From the NCBI GenBank assembly GCA_003990765.1, contig RBNJ01000165.1:1-38226 (forward strand): DNA of 38,226 nt, read 5' to 3'. The notes beneath the pieces were generated by a model that did no database searches, was not told the origin of the DNA, and saw nothing but the letters and a program-made list of their open reading frames with translations. Made by a program: the position numbers and the translations under genes. Each line of letters starts with the position of its first letter. Positions within the stretch are counted from its first letter, which is position 1. This stretch comes from Jimgerdemannia flammicorona (taxonomy: Eukaryota). Of this stretch, positions 24,337 to 37,009 are shown piece by piece.

Positions 24337-27300
24337 TCATAACTTCCTAACCCCAACATGCCTCCACGAGAGCCGGGAAGTACTCAAGTTGCTGCTCATG
24401 GTGCTCCTTTCGGAAGATCCCCTTCTATTCAGTCCTGGGCGACGGGTAGGGGATCTGTTGTGCGGACCGCCTTCAGCCGTCTTCAAACTTTTAGTGGAAA
24501 TTTCAAGTTTAGAAGAAAAACAGAAGCCACATGAATTAAATTTTTTGTACAAAACCAGATGATGGTAAACTTGCCTGATATGATTTGTTGATGAAGTTTT
24601 CGGAATTTCCAATGCAAATTGTGTGCAAGGACCTGAATTATTTTCTTCATCGATACACTCGGGCTCTTCGGGGATGCTGTCCAGCCATTCTTCATCAGCG
24701 ATCGCTGTCTCTATACATTCAAGATCTTTCAACACTTCGTCAATTGTTGGTCGCATTTCGGGGTCAGGGTTGCAGCATTTCTTGTAGATATCTGAGTATT
24801 CAGTTGGTGTGTCAGCGATTGGTTCTTCGCGGACAAGATCGCAAGCTTCGGGAGCATGCATTGCATTTTCACTAGGAGAAAATCTTGAAATAAGTCGCCA
24901 CAGAAGTTTTCCAAGGCAGTAAATGTCGGATTTTTGTGAATAAGGTATATTGGAGTTCTTGAGGGCTTCAGGTGGGCGATATTCAATGGGTCCGTAGATG
25001 TCGCCTCTATACGTTTTAAAGTGCTCCACAGTATTGCTTATACCGAAATCAATGATCATCGGATTAGAATTATCTGTACCAAGAAACACAATGTTTCCTG
25101 GGTGCAAATCATTGTGAATCAAGCCTGCTTTATGAATCACTTGCAACCTGCGAGTGATCCCTATAGCAATCTGCCACACTTTCAACCAAGAATTTGGCGG
25201 AGACTTGTGGATGACTTGAATAAGATCGCCACCCTCAGCGTAATTCATCACCAGAATATAACTTTCGGTTTTATCGTCCTTCGATAACCCTATGACTGTT
25301 GGCAATTCTACACGGCGGGAATTGTTGCATAGCTGAAGATAGATGTTGACTAGTAACTATTTGCAAGAAGATGCAATATTATAATATAAATTATATGTAA
25401 AAATGAAGCTTAAGAGCTGTAACTGGATAATCCGTACCCACCTCATGTCGCAGTTGATCTGTTGTGATGCTACTTTTTTTCAATATCTTCAAAGCAACAA
25501 ATTTTATCCGTTTCTGACAATCATATACTGCGGCTTTGTGTACAATAGCAAATCGACCTGCGCCTAATTTCTCCAACAGCGTAAATTTGTCATAAGGTAT
25601 CCAAACCATGTAAGCTGCAAGTTCCACCATTTGGAGAGTGTCTAGAAACTTCAAGAGCTTGTCCTCATTATTGAAAAACTTGGATTTTGGTTTTGAAAAA
25701 GGGCCGCTGTCACGTTTTTTGAGAATATCTTGAATTCGATCAAAGATATCTGTGGCTTTTGAGGGCATGTCAGGTTGAGCAAAAGGCGAAAGACATAAAG
25801 CTGTCCATTGAATAAAAAAAAAAAATTAAAATATAAATATAATGAGCTGTATTTCATCATACATGTAAAACCAAATAATTACACTCGGTTCCAACATACT
25901 ATTGAGATTAGACTTGTTCAAGTTTCGTTTTAAACCAACACTGAGTATGCATGCGATTTGATTACTGATTTTATTTCCTAAAATAAACAAGAGATGAATG
26001 AGAAATATACAGATCATGACATAAAGCCTACCAGGTCGAACCAAATTTCACAATTCTAACGTACCAGTAATATCAAGCACTTCCAGGGTCATGTTCAGCA
26101 TCAGAGATTCGGTCAGTGCATGTGCTCCCTTATCATTAATATTGGTGTCTAATTATGGATAAGATGGATAAGAAAATTTGCCCAGGTTATAAGCTAGAAC
26201 CCTCACATATTGCATGCCAAATTCATATGGTTCCAATATACATTTGAGATTCAGCTTGGTCAGGGTCGTGTTCGAGTTGAGAGATTTGGCTAGAGCAACT
26301 ACACCCGGATCACCGATATCATTGCCTAAAGATAAATATATGATGAATGAGCCAAAAATATATTATCAGCTGAAACTCATCATGGGGCTTAAAACAGTTT
26401 CCACTGTTGTAACATACGATTGAGATTCAGCATAGAAAGGGTTGTATTTTTCCGCAGAGATTCGGCCAATGTGCATGCCCCCTCTGTACCAATGTTATTA
26501 GCTGAAGATAAACAGATATCAAATAAGCAATTGTAAACTAGAACTCATGCAACAGTTGCAAAAGATGGTTCATATTTTTTCAACATACATTCAAGAATAA
26601 GAATAGTCAGGGTCATGTTCTCCTTCAGAGACTCGGCTAGTATGCATGCTCCATTAACACCAATGTTGTTGCCTGAAGACAAATAGAATGGTTAAAAATT
26701 GTTAGTAGGATTTCATAAAATGGTTACAATAAATAGTTTACATAATTTCAACTTACCAATGAGTTCCAATGTGGTCAGGGCCCTGTTTCGCTTCAGCGAA
26801 TCAGCCAGTGCTCGTGCTCCCTTGGCACCGATATTGCTGGCTGAAAAAGAACAAGAGATTGTTAATGAAACACAAGCAGATGGTAACCTGCAACTCAACA
26901 CGCGGTAGTAAAACAGTTGATACGGCTTTAACGTACAATTGAGGTTCAGTGTGATCAAAGTCGTATTAAGCTTCAGAAATTTGGCAAGTACACATGCTCC
27001 CTGTACGTCGACATTTTTGGCTGAAAATGAACAGGAGATAGTAATCAAACACATGCAGTTTGCGGGCTGGAATACACCGACAGTAGGACACATCTAAAAT
27101 ATACCTCTGTATTTCAACGTGGTCCGGGTTGTGTTGTTCTTCAGCGATTCGATCAGTGCACGTGTTTTTTCGCAACCGGCCTTTTTATCTAAGCATCAAT
27201 GAAACAGTCAATTATTAGTTCGATTTCCAAGAAAACTATATTTCTAAACAACTAAATCAAAGGTGCTCATAGAGAAATTTTGAATATTATTACGAATTTC

Positions 27301-29492
27301 AATTTAAAATATAACATTTGCTTTTATTATAAGGATCATAAGGAAATCTCATAACTCATCAATATAACGCGAACAGCACATACCTGCATATTCATTTAGC
27401 CACAAATCTAAATTTGGCGTTTGGGGAGAGTGGGCAGCCGACCCTTCCGGCATTTGAAGAATGTTGGTGGTTAACGATTCCGGTTGGGGGGAGGGTGTTT
27501 GGGATGTGCTGGAGATAAACACTTCCGTCTGCTGAGAGGGCGTTTGGAGGATGTTTGCATTCAACGCTTTCGGCTGCGAGGAGGGCGTTTGGGGCTTGTT
27601 GTCGGTCGACGCTCCCCGCTGCCGAGAGCGCATTTGGAGGGTGTTGGTCGACGCTTCCGTCTCCTGAGAGGACGTTTGGGGGATGTTGTAGATCGACGCT
27701 CCCGGCTGCAGGGGAGGTATTTGGAGGATGTTGGCCGCCAACGCTTTCGGTTGTGGGGAGGGTGTTTGGGGGATGCTGGAGATCAACGCTTTCGTCTTCT
27801 GAGAGGGCATTTGAGGGGTATTTGCATTCAACTCTTCCGGCTGCGGGGAGGGCGTTTGGGGGTTATTGTCGGTCGACGCTCCTGGCTCTATGGAGGGCAT
27901 TCGGAAGATATTTTCGGTCAACGCTTCCGTCTGCTGAGAGGAGGTTTGGAGGGTATTTGCATTAAACGCTTCCAGCTGCGAGTAGGACATTGGGGGGTTG
28001 GTGTAAGCCGACGCTCCTGGCTGGAGGGGGGTTATTTGAAGGGTGCTGGCCGTCAACGCTTCCGGCTGCGTTTGGGGAGTGGAGGTCAACGCTTCTGGCG
28101 AAGGGGAGGGCGTTTGGGATGTGTTGGCGTTCAATGCTTCCGCCAAGGAGGAGGGTTGCTGACGAGGTCGTGGTGGAAATAGGGGCGCTTCGACATCGGA
28201 AGACAAGAAGGAATGCTGGGTCGGTGAGCAAGCAGATTAAAGGCAAACGGACAGAATATGTCAGTGGCGTATACCTGCTATGGAAAAAGAGTGTATTTGC
28301 AAACGATGAAATGACCTACTTTAAGCAATTCCCTGGCGGAAGCGCGCTGTATATGATCTGGATCCAAACATCGATCAACGAAGCCCGCCAGCAGGCTATC
28401 CATATTCTGGGGATAATGAGGCCGACCTTCGTCGATGATCTTTCGCTTGAGCTAATTTGAGGTGCACAGAAAAATGTGAATTTATTAATCATATAATGAA
28501 ATGCATTCTGCAACATCGACAAATAACATTTGAAAACAAACCTCTTCCTCCTCTAGGCGATCGTCTTCGAATGGCGCCTTGCCGTAGTTGAGAATCTCGA
28601 GGACGACGATGCCTAGTGCCCAAATGTCAACATTTTGTTTGATGAACTCGCCTTTGCAGATTTCGGGTGCCCAAAACAATATGTCGCCAGCCACTTCGGA
28701 TGCCGAATTTACAAGTGGTTTCAGGGAACTGAAGCCGAAGCCACCTGAATGAGGGATTTAGTAGGTGGAGGTGGGGTTTAGAGGAAAAGTAGGAATGATT
28801 AGAATGTGTGAGGCATCGGCCGGGTGGTACCCAGATTTGTCGGATGAAATAAATGGGTAAGGTATATACCGATCACGATGGCGTTGTCTACGCCAAGGAA
28901 GACGTTTTCGCTTTTGATGTCGCGATGGATGTAACCGTGCTTATGAATTTCCGCGAGGCTTGATACGAGCTGTGAGCCGGATGGTAGGAATGATGGACGA
29001 GACAAATTATTTGGGGTAACACACAAAGCCACGTAGCACGCAACAGGGAGTACAAAGAACTACACTGACCCTGTTGAGGATGAAGACAATTTGCGCCAAA
29101 GTAACGCAGTTTTCGAAACAGTACTGTTTCAGGGTCCCGCCGTCGTAATAGGGCGTCACGAGAAAGGCGTAGCAATTGTGGATGTAGATGCTGTGTAGTC
29201 GCAGAATATTTGGGTGTAGCGCGCATTTGGTCATGGCGTTACATTCGTTTTGAATTAGCTTATTGGGTATTGCGAACGGTTTTCCGTCCTTATCTCGCTC
29301 GATGACCAGGTACTTTTTGATGGCCACGTTCCGGCTCGCATCGCCGAACTCGCGGCAGTGATACACCTCACCCTGTGCCGAGCGCCATGTGGGTCTTTTG
29401 GCGCTGAGGCCACTATAAATGGGGTGCGGGTTGGACCGATCTATGCGCACGCCGGGCACCGTGAGAATAAATAATGGTATAAGCGTCGACAT
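24337..29492 (-). CDS. Spliced host gene: kinase(-like) domain 1 + 15-aa repeat linker + 8 RI-type LRRs + kinase domain 2 (~1244 aa; both ends uncertain)
   Basis: Exons 29492-29070, 28969-28870, 28744-28542, 28451-28320, 28215-27384, 27188-27105, 27020-26937, 26840-26757, 26672-26589, 26501-26418, 26325-26242, 26148-26065, 25977-25900, 25800-25442, 25356-24337; all introns GT-AG and phase-compatible. Kinase 1: VAIKK, HRDIKSEN, GFG, WAPE, DIWALG. Kinase 2: GAGRFA, VALK, HNDLHPGN, DFG, YRPPE, SDIYCLG, RPT. Further 3' introns and an exon toward ~23844 are possible. Confidence 0.8.
25900..27188 (-). repeat. Array of eight LRR exons (seven of 84 bp, one of 78 bp; all phase 1-1)
   Basis: Consensus N.IG..GA..LA.SL..N.TL..L.L, ribonuclease-inhibitor/NLRC3-like 28-aa repeat; one repeat per exon. 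Confidence 0.9.
27420..28142 (-). repeat. Coding minisatellite, ~45-bp/15-aa unit, ~17 degenerate copies
   Basis: ALNANTSQTPSPSPE, ALTASTLQITPLQPG, ASTDNNPQTPSPQPE, ALNANILQTPSQQTE etc. in exon 5. Confidence 0.88.
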
Positions 29493-29822
29493 GTAGTCCT
29501 TTATAAGGATCAATCTCGAGGGCGAAAGTTAATGTGTCAAAATCGGCGGGTGGCTTGGGCTACGTCACTAAATTTTTGAATGGAACCTGGCTTTGATTGC
29601 ACGCCTACCTTTCTGCTAGAGCGTCTTCTACCTTGACTGAAGATTAAATAAATTTGTCAGTATATTTCATTTAGGAAAATTAACAACTTATTAATATTTA
29701 TAATTTGCTATTTTTATAAATGAAAATTTAATATGCAAAATATATATCTCAGGAGTCTAATTATTTTTTAATATCTATTCAAAATTAATATTTTTAAATA
29801 ACTTAATTATTATTAGTATAAT

Positions 29823-30422
29823 TGTAATAAAACTATATGCTGATAGAATTAATACATTGCAGATAATCAAATGACTATTAGTCCTAAGTTCTGAGTTTTT
29901 ATAAAGAAGTAATATATAGGTTTCAATTATCTGTTGTAGTAGTATAGTTCAAGTATCACTTTTAGGTTCTTGTGCTAGTGGAGGTACTGTGCTTGTATTC
30001 CAAGTTGATCAAGCTTTGAATTATTAACAAGTTAGATCTGAGAGTTCTTGATAAAAATACTAATTTATTCTTATATTTAGAGAAAGCAGAGCTTTAAGCT
30101 TTTTTTAACTTTTAGACTGAGATTATTATACACTCAGTATAGAGGGTATTTATATATATATTGAGGCTATAACTAAATATGATATACTGGGTATATCTAT
30201 ATATAGTTATACTATATATATATAATATCTATAACTATATATTACAAATTCTATTAGAAATTCTATGGAATTTTCAGTAGCTTTATTACTATATAATAAA
30301 TTATTATATTCTTCTCTTCTTTAATAAAAAGTAATAAAATATTCTATAGTTTTATTAATATAATAAACTATTATATTCTTTTCTTCTTTAATAAAAAGTA
30401 ATAAAATATTCTATAGTTTTTT
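29823..30422. repeat. AT-rich relic repeat (family E), possibly a decayed LTR in minus orientation
   Basis: ~29855-30125 is similar to 37983-38226 (e.g. gaattattaa(c/t)aagt(t/c)agatctgaga); begins TGTAA; TATAAATACC on the minus strand near 30150. Confidence 0.55.
30291..30422. repeat. 67-bp tandem duplication followed by an A-tract (~30427-30450)
   Basis: ataataaa(t/c)tattatattctt..taataaaaagtaataaaatattctatagtttt at 30293 and 30360. Confidence 0.85.
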
Positions 30423-31253
30423 TTATAAAAAAAAAAAAAAAAAAAAAAAATAGTTATGGATTCTTCTATATATTTATATAATATAGACAATTTTGACAGT
30501 TATTTATTAGAAAGATTTTAGAGTATAGGCAATTTCTATATAATATAAATGGTTTGGTTGGTTTCTCAAATAGCAGATGATGGTAATTTTCAGAATTGAA
30601 ATTATCCAAGTTAGATAGATAATAGTAATTTTTTCAGATAAGAGTAACTTTTACTGATTGTATAGATTTAGTACAATTCTTAAATAGTATAAATTTAGTA
30701 GATTTTTTAAATGATATAAATTCAGCAAACTTCTTAAATAATTTGGATTTCTATATAATATAGTAGATTTGGCAAATTTTTCTAAATAGTATAAATTATT
30801 AAATATAGATTTTAAAAATTTTTGAATTGTATGGATTCTGTATAATATAGTAGATTGGTAGATTTTTTAAATAGTAGATGATAGTATAATGAAATAGATT
30901 TGGTAGATTATTCTCTAATAGTATAGATTCTATATTTAACAAATTTCTCTAAATATTATACCTAAGTTTTTCACTTAAACTTTAGGTGAATAATTTAGAC
31001 TTTATCTAGTAAGTAGTTTTTTAAGTTCTTCTGACTTTATCTAAACTAGACCAAATTGTCAGATTTTTTCTTTATATCAGAAAGTAAACTAGAGTAGAAA
31101 AAAATAAAGCTCATAACTTCTAGCAGTAGCTCTTAGCAGATATTTCTCTTAAGTATTGTAATCCTCTATAAATTAAGTAGCTCTTAGTAGATATTCTTCT
31201 CCTAAGTATATCAGATAATAGACTTTTACTTTTTGATTAAGATTATAATATAC

Positions 31254-31720
31254 TGTGATGGTATAGCCAGATTTGAAAGAAAGAAATAAGGAACAGACAC
31301 TTGATTGCACCCAGTCCCAAAGTAGTATAGCCACATAGTTAACAGTCCTCGATTTCACAACTTGCTGAATATTTTGCAAAGTGCAAGATCAAGCTTCCTG
31401 ATATAGTATAGCATTTCGCAACTTGCTAAATATTTTGCAAAGTGTTAAATGACTCATAACTTAGCCATATAACCCAGTAACCATCTCACAGCTAGCAAAC
31501 TCATATAAATAACCCAGTATCTTCGAGTGATAAACCTCAGATCGAAATAGTTCAAAGCAAAGAGATAGCAAAAGAAACTAGTAAGCCTGCAGGCAGATAC
31601 ACTTCGAACTCACCCACCCTCCCCTGTAATTTCAAGAGACTCTGTGAGAGTCAGAATAGTCAAGTTTTCAAGATATAGAAATCCAACGTACTTTCAAGAG
31701 TAAGTGTCTGCTACATTACA
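31254..31720 (+). repeat. D3 5' LTR (467 bp, U3 alpha)
   Basis: TGTGATG...CATTACA; TATAAATA at ~31504; matches D1 LTR minus about one 19-bp unit. Confidence 0.92.
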
Positions 31721-31723
31721 ACT

Positions 31724-31741
31724 TGGTGCCCATTGGCTGGT
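31724..31741 (+). promoter_or_regulatory. Putative primer binding site of D3
   Basis: TGGTGCCCATTGGCTGGT 3 nt after the LTR. Confidence 0.7.
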
Positions 31742-31822
31742 GATTCAAGACAAATCCCTCACTTTCAAGCTAAACAATGAACAACTGCCACTATCCAAAC
31801 TAAGCCCCAATACCCAGACAAG

Positions 31823-34800
31823 ATGGACATGAGACCACCAGTATTCCATGGATATACCTCAGACAAATCAATCATTACCTTCATTGATGATTTCGAGCAG
31901 TATGCTGCTGTAAGGACCCTGACAGCAGTACAGCAAGTAGCCCTCATGCCCTTCAGCCTACGAGGCCCTGCCAGAGCAGCATTCACAGCCACAACCCATG
32001 CAGGAAATGATGCCAATACTATACTGACAGCATAGAAGACCTGGCTCTGAAATATATATTACACAGACAAGATCAAGCAAGCCCTGAAGGATCAGCTCAA
32101 TACAATATGCCAAGGAATGAGCAAGGATCCAAACACATTCTATACCAGAATTCAATATCAGATAATCCTTGCAGACTATACTGCTGCTATCCAAGATTAA
32201 GTAGCCAAAGCAACCTTCATGAAAGAAGTCCATCCAGAAATAGCCATGGCCATCTGCTCATCACCAGTGATTCTGGATCTGCCACAGAAGGTCACCTATG
32301 CTCAGCGATACTGGATAGCCAGACATCTACAAGACCATATAATGGAAAGGGTCACAGGAGTTAGAATCAAGGCACCCAAGGCAACTAGTGTGATCCCTAC
32401 CACAATGATCAATCGAAACACACCTCAGCCAAAAGCTACAGAGCAGCAAAAGAACAGTGACCCTATGGAGGAACTCACCAAGAGGTTTGCTGAAATGACT
32501 GCCCACCTAGGAGACATGGTAAAGGAAATTCAAGGAAGAGACTGCCACCCTGTTCAGAAGTTTACTGCCACCTCAGACAAGAAGAAAGGTACCTGCTATA
32601 CTTGTGGAGAAGAAGGCCACTACTCCTATAAATGCATGAGCAAAACCAAGTGCAAGGCTCAACTAAGTAATGCCACACAAAACAAGGAGCAGGTCAATAC
32701 AATTACCTTTGAGGAGATTGGAGATTCTGATGAAGAAGAATTGGAGGCCTATTCTGCTCAGACCACCAAGAAGGATGCTTACAAAGAACCCTACAAGAGA
32801 CCACCAGGAAGACCCAAGAAGAACCCAGTAGAAAAGCAGATGGAAACGGCTACCGAAAGCCAAATGGAAGAGATGGACCAAGATATAGAACTGGAACAAG
32901 CAGATCAAGATATTATCCGAGGAACCACTCCAGCCAGTGAAGGAGAAAAAGAAAAGAAGCTTCGCAAGACCAAGACCTTCAAGTATGATATCTTCAAGGA
33001 CCTCAGTCAACAAAAGGTCAATGCAACTTTTGGTCAGCTCACAGAAATCCCAACATTCAGACAGCAAATGAGGTTTGGACTTGCAGAAACAATGAAGGAA
33101 CAAGGATGGAAGATAACTGAGGCCAATAACGTTCAAGAGGACTCAGGAGAAGAAAGTGAGGACAATTGCAAAACCTCTGCTTATGCAATATGCCAAATCG
33201 AAGATAGAATCTTTGAAGCCATCATTGATATGGGAGCAGGAGGATGTCTCCTCAGCAAGAAGGCAGCAGACCACCTAGGTTGGGACGTGGAAGAAGCAAC
33301 TAAGCTGGTGTTCATCACAGTCGATAGCACAAGAGCTACACCTCTGGGAAAGATCTGAGATATTCCCATCAAGATTGGAGGAGCAACCATCTCAGTAGAT
33401 GTAATCGTAACCAATGCCACCAACTATGACATTTTCATTGGCAATCAATGGCTTCACAAAGCCAAGGCAGTAATTGATCTCAATGCCCAGAAGATGCAGA
33501 TCACCTACTGGGGACAGAAGATACGAATTCTCATCAATGTTAACAAAGGAGTCCTGCCCGATATGGAGGAAGAAAAGAGCGAGCAAGAGGAAGCTTATAT
33601 GGTGACTACTCCAAAGAAGAAGAAAGTTGGATAGATGAGTAAAGAAGAATGGTGCAAGAAGATGGCAGAAAGCTATGCACCACAAGGAGTCTGCCCTTAT
33701 GGGATCAGGATGTACTATATGGAGCATTTCAATGATTGCTACTAGTACACCATTGGAATCAGGAAGATCCACCAGGCAAGAAGGCAGAAAGCTCTCGAAA
33801 TACAGATCAGGAAAGAAGAGAAGGAGGAAGATGATGAACCACTAGCCCTCCTGGAGGACAGTGACGATGAAGAAGAAATCAAGGTCAAGATTCGAAAGAT
33901 TCACCCTGATGCAGTCTTGCCAGAATACAAGTCAGAAAATGCAGCCAGAATGGACATCACTACAGTAGAAGAGACTGTACTGGAACCCCAGACAACCACC
34001 CTACTCACAACTGGACTGGAGATGACCATCCCAAAGGAACATGTCAGGATTCTCAAGACAAGAAGTAGCCTGGCTAGAAGTGAAATTACAATTGAAGGAG
34101 GAGTCATCAATTTAGACTACACCAGAGAAATTCTACTCATTGCTAGGAATTACAATCCTACAATCCCATTTCCAGTCAAGAAGAAGGACCGATTGGTACA
34201 AATGTTGATCTTTCCGATCCTACAACCAAAGATCATAGAAGTTAAGAAGCTGGAGGAAACAAGAAGAGAAAAGAAAGGATTTGGATCCATAGGAAGAGGA
34301 GTATTTGCCAACACCAAGATCACTGAACTTGAGCATAAGAAGGAGGAAAACACAAGCAAGCACAGCTACACCATCGGAAATGAATTTCTACTCAAGAAAG
34401 AACTCAAGAAAATACTCAACGAATTCGAAGATGTCCTTGCCACAGATTTCAAGGATATCAAAGGAAAGACCCCACACTACTATCACGAAGTAGATACTGG
34501 AGACACTGAACCAATTTATCAGAAGGCAAGACCTGTCCCGCCAGCCTAATGAGAATGGCTCAGAGAAGAAATCAAGCAGATAGAAGAAGCTGGCATCATT
34601 AAAGAAGCCAGCAGCCCCTGGTCCTCACCTGTTGTACTAGCCCCAAAAAAAGGCAGCAAGCCTGGAGAATTCACCCAAGACTCTGTGTCAACTACAGAAA
34701 ACTCAACATAGTTACCAAGAAGGATCACCAATCACTGCCCCTCATCAATGACATCCTCATAACACTGGGAGATGAAGCACAATACTACAGCACCTTGGAC

Positions 34801-35814
34801 TTATACTCAGGATTCCGCCAAATCAGACTCACAGACATGGCAAGTGAAAAGTCAGCTTTCATCACTCTAGATGGAACCTATGTCTACCTACAAATGCCAT
34901 TTGGAATGTGCAATGCACCAGCAAGTTTTCAGTGAATGATGAACAAAATCTTCTGCTATGACATGGGAAGATGGATGATGGTTTACATTGATGACGTAAT
35001 CATCTACAGCAAGATACCTGAGGAACATTTGCAGCACATACAGTAGATAATGGAGAGACTAAGACAAAATGGCCTTTACATCAAACCCAAGAAGTGCAAA
35101 TTCGCAGAAATCGAGATCTCCTATCTCAGCCACATCATCAACTAAGATGGAACATACATGGACCCCCTTAAGATACAAGCAGTGGCAGCATACCCAAGAC
35201 CCACCACTGTTATTGAAGCCAAAGCCTTTATGGGACTCGCCTCCTATTATCACAGATTTATTAGAGGATTTTCTAATATTGCGGGACCAATCTATGAACT
35301 TAACAAGAAGGATACCAAGTTTCAGTAGACTGGAAAACAACAAAAAGCATTTGATGAACTCAAGGTCAGACTGACCCAGGCACCCATCCTCAGAAGACCA
35401 GACTGGACTCAAGAATTCATCCTATAGACTGATGCAAGCACACAAGGACTAGGAGTAGTCCTAGCTTAAAAGAAAGATAAAGTGGAGTATGTCATCACAT
35501 ACCTCAGCCATGGAACCCGAGGAGCTGAAAAAGAATATGAATCCTATAAGTTGGAATGCCTTGCAGTCATCTGGGCTGTAGAAAAGTTCCACTACTACTT
35601 GGCTGGAAGACACTTCACTATCCAAATGGACCACTCAGCTCTCACCTGGCTACTGACAACTAGACAACCCAAAGGAATCTATGCCAGATGGATAATAAAG
35701 TTGCAAGCTTATGACGTAACCATCGTATATCACTCTGGAAGAACCAATGCCAATGCAGATGCCCTCTCATAGACATTCCAAAGGACCCCACCCCCACAAA
35801 ATCGCCATAAATAA
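31823..35814 (+). pseudogene. D3 ORF1 gag-PR-dUTPase-RT-RNase H
   Basis: MDMRPPVFHG start; CCHC knuckle; AIIDMGAG; dUTPase ~33878-34296; YIDD at ~34984; 1-bp deletion near 34675 relative to D1; homologous stop TAA 35812-35814. Confidence 0.92.
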
Positions 35815-37009
35815 GGAGCTCTACTACAGAATTATCACATACCTGGGACAGCAAAAGATGCCCCAACATCTGGAAGAATGGATACAAACGATTATCAACA
35901 GAACATGGAAACAATTCGAAACTGATGGAGAAACACTGAAGAAAGGAAAACTACTAGTCATACCAGAACACAAGAAGGAGCAAGCAATGAAATCAGTACA
36001 TGAACTTGGCCACCTAGGAGGAACAAATACATATGACAAGGCAAGAAGAACAATATGGTGGTCAGGGATGGAGGAAGATATCAGACAATTCATCAAGACC
36101 CGTGACAAATACCAAAAACAGAAATAAGACCAAAGAAATCAAGCCCCAGGATCAGCACACATAGAACCAGTACCATTCGCCCATGTAGCAATGGATGTAA
36201 TCGGCTCTCTACCCTTGACTTTGACTGGCAACCGATACATCATCATCATTGTAGACCTTTTTACAAAATGGATAGAAGCAGGACCCCTTATGGAAGCCAA
36301 TGCACAGTCAATCGCTGATTTCTTCTACAAGGAAATTATCTGTCAGTTCAAGACCCCAACACAAGTAACCACAGATAGAGGAACAGAATTTGTGAACCAG
36401 TTCTTTGAAGTTCTCTACAAGAAGTACAAGATCTAGCATATTCAGACTACATCATATCACCCTCAAGAAAACAGACAAGTAGAAAGGACCAACAAAACCC
36501 TCAAGAATGTTATTACCAAGATCTGCGATAACTATGAAAACTGGGATCACTATCTGCCAATAGCATTATCTGCTCTTTGAGATATCCGATCACAAAGTAC
36601 CCACTTCACCCCTCGAGAAATGCTGTTTGAAGAAGAATGTTCTCAGGGAACCCTATCATCTAATGGAGATGCTGTATGGAAACATGTAGACATGGAAATA
36701 CAGAGACTACACCAAATCAGGAAGAAGGCTGAGGATTACATAACAAAGGTGCAGATACTATAACGGAGGAATGCGGAAAAGACCCACAAACCCTTAGAGA
36801 TTATCAAGATAGGAGACAAAGTTCTGGTGTATCGGAATATGATTGAAGCTTCATGGTCACGAAAACTGGAGCCCAAGTGGGAAGGACCTTACCTTGTGCA
36901 AGATATAAAAGGAACCACCTTTTGGCTACGAAAACCCTCAGGCACAATCATCCCCACTACCATCTACCGAAACAGACTCAAGAAATACCATGACCAGCCA
37001 ATAAAGTAA
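35807..37009 (+). pseudogene. D3 ORF2 integrase
   Basis: Start is ATA at 35807 where D1/D2 have ATG; HELGHLG, VAMD, TTDRGTEF, VERTN, KWEGPY; no chromodomain seen. Confidence 0.85.

Noticed and set aside
27484..28182. 232-aa Arg/Gly-rich plus-strand ORF
   Set aside because: Antisense shadow of the GC-rich coding minisatellite in exon 5
31724..31741. Assignment of the priming tRNA
   Set aside because: Cannot be determined without the host tRNA set
34660..34690. Programmed frameshift in D3 RT
   Set aside because: 1-bp deletion absent from D1, so copy-specific decay, unlike the RH/IN junction shared by all three copies
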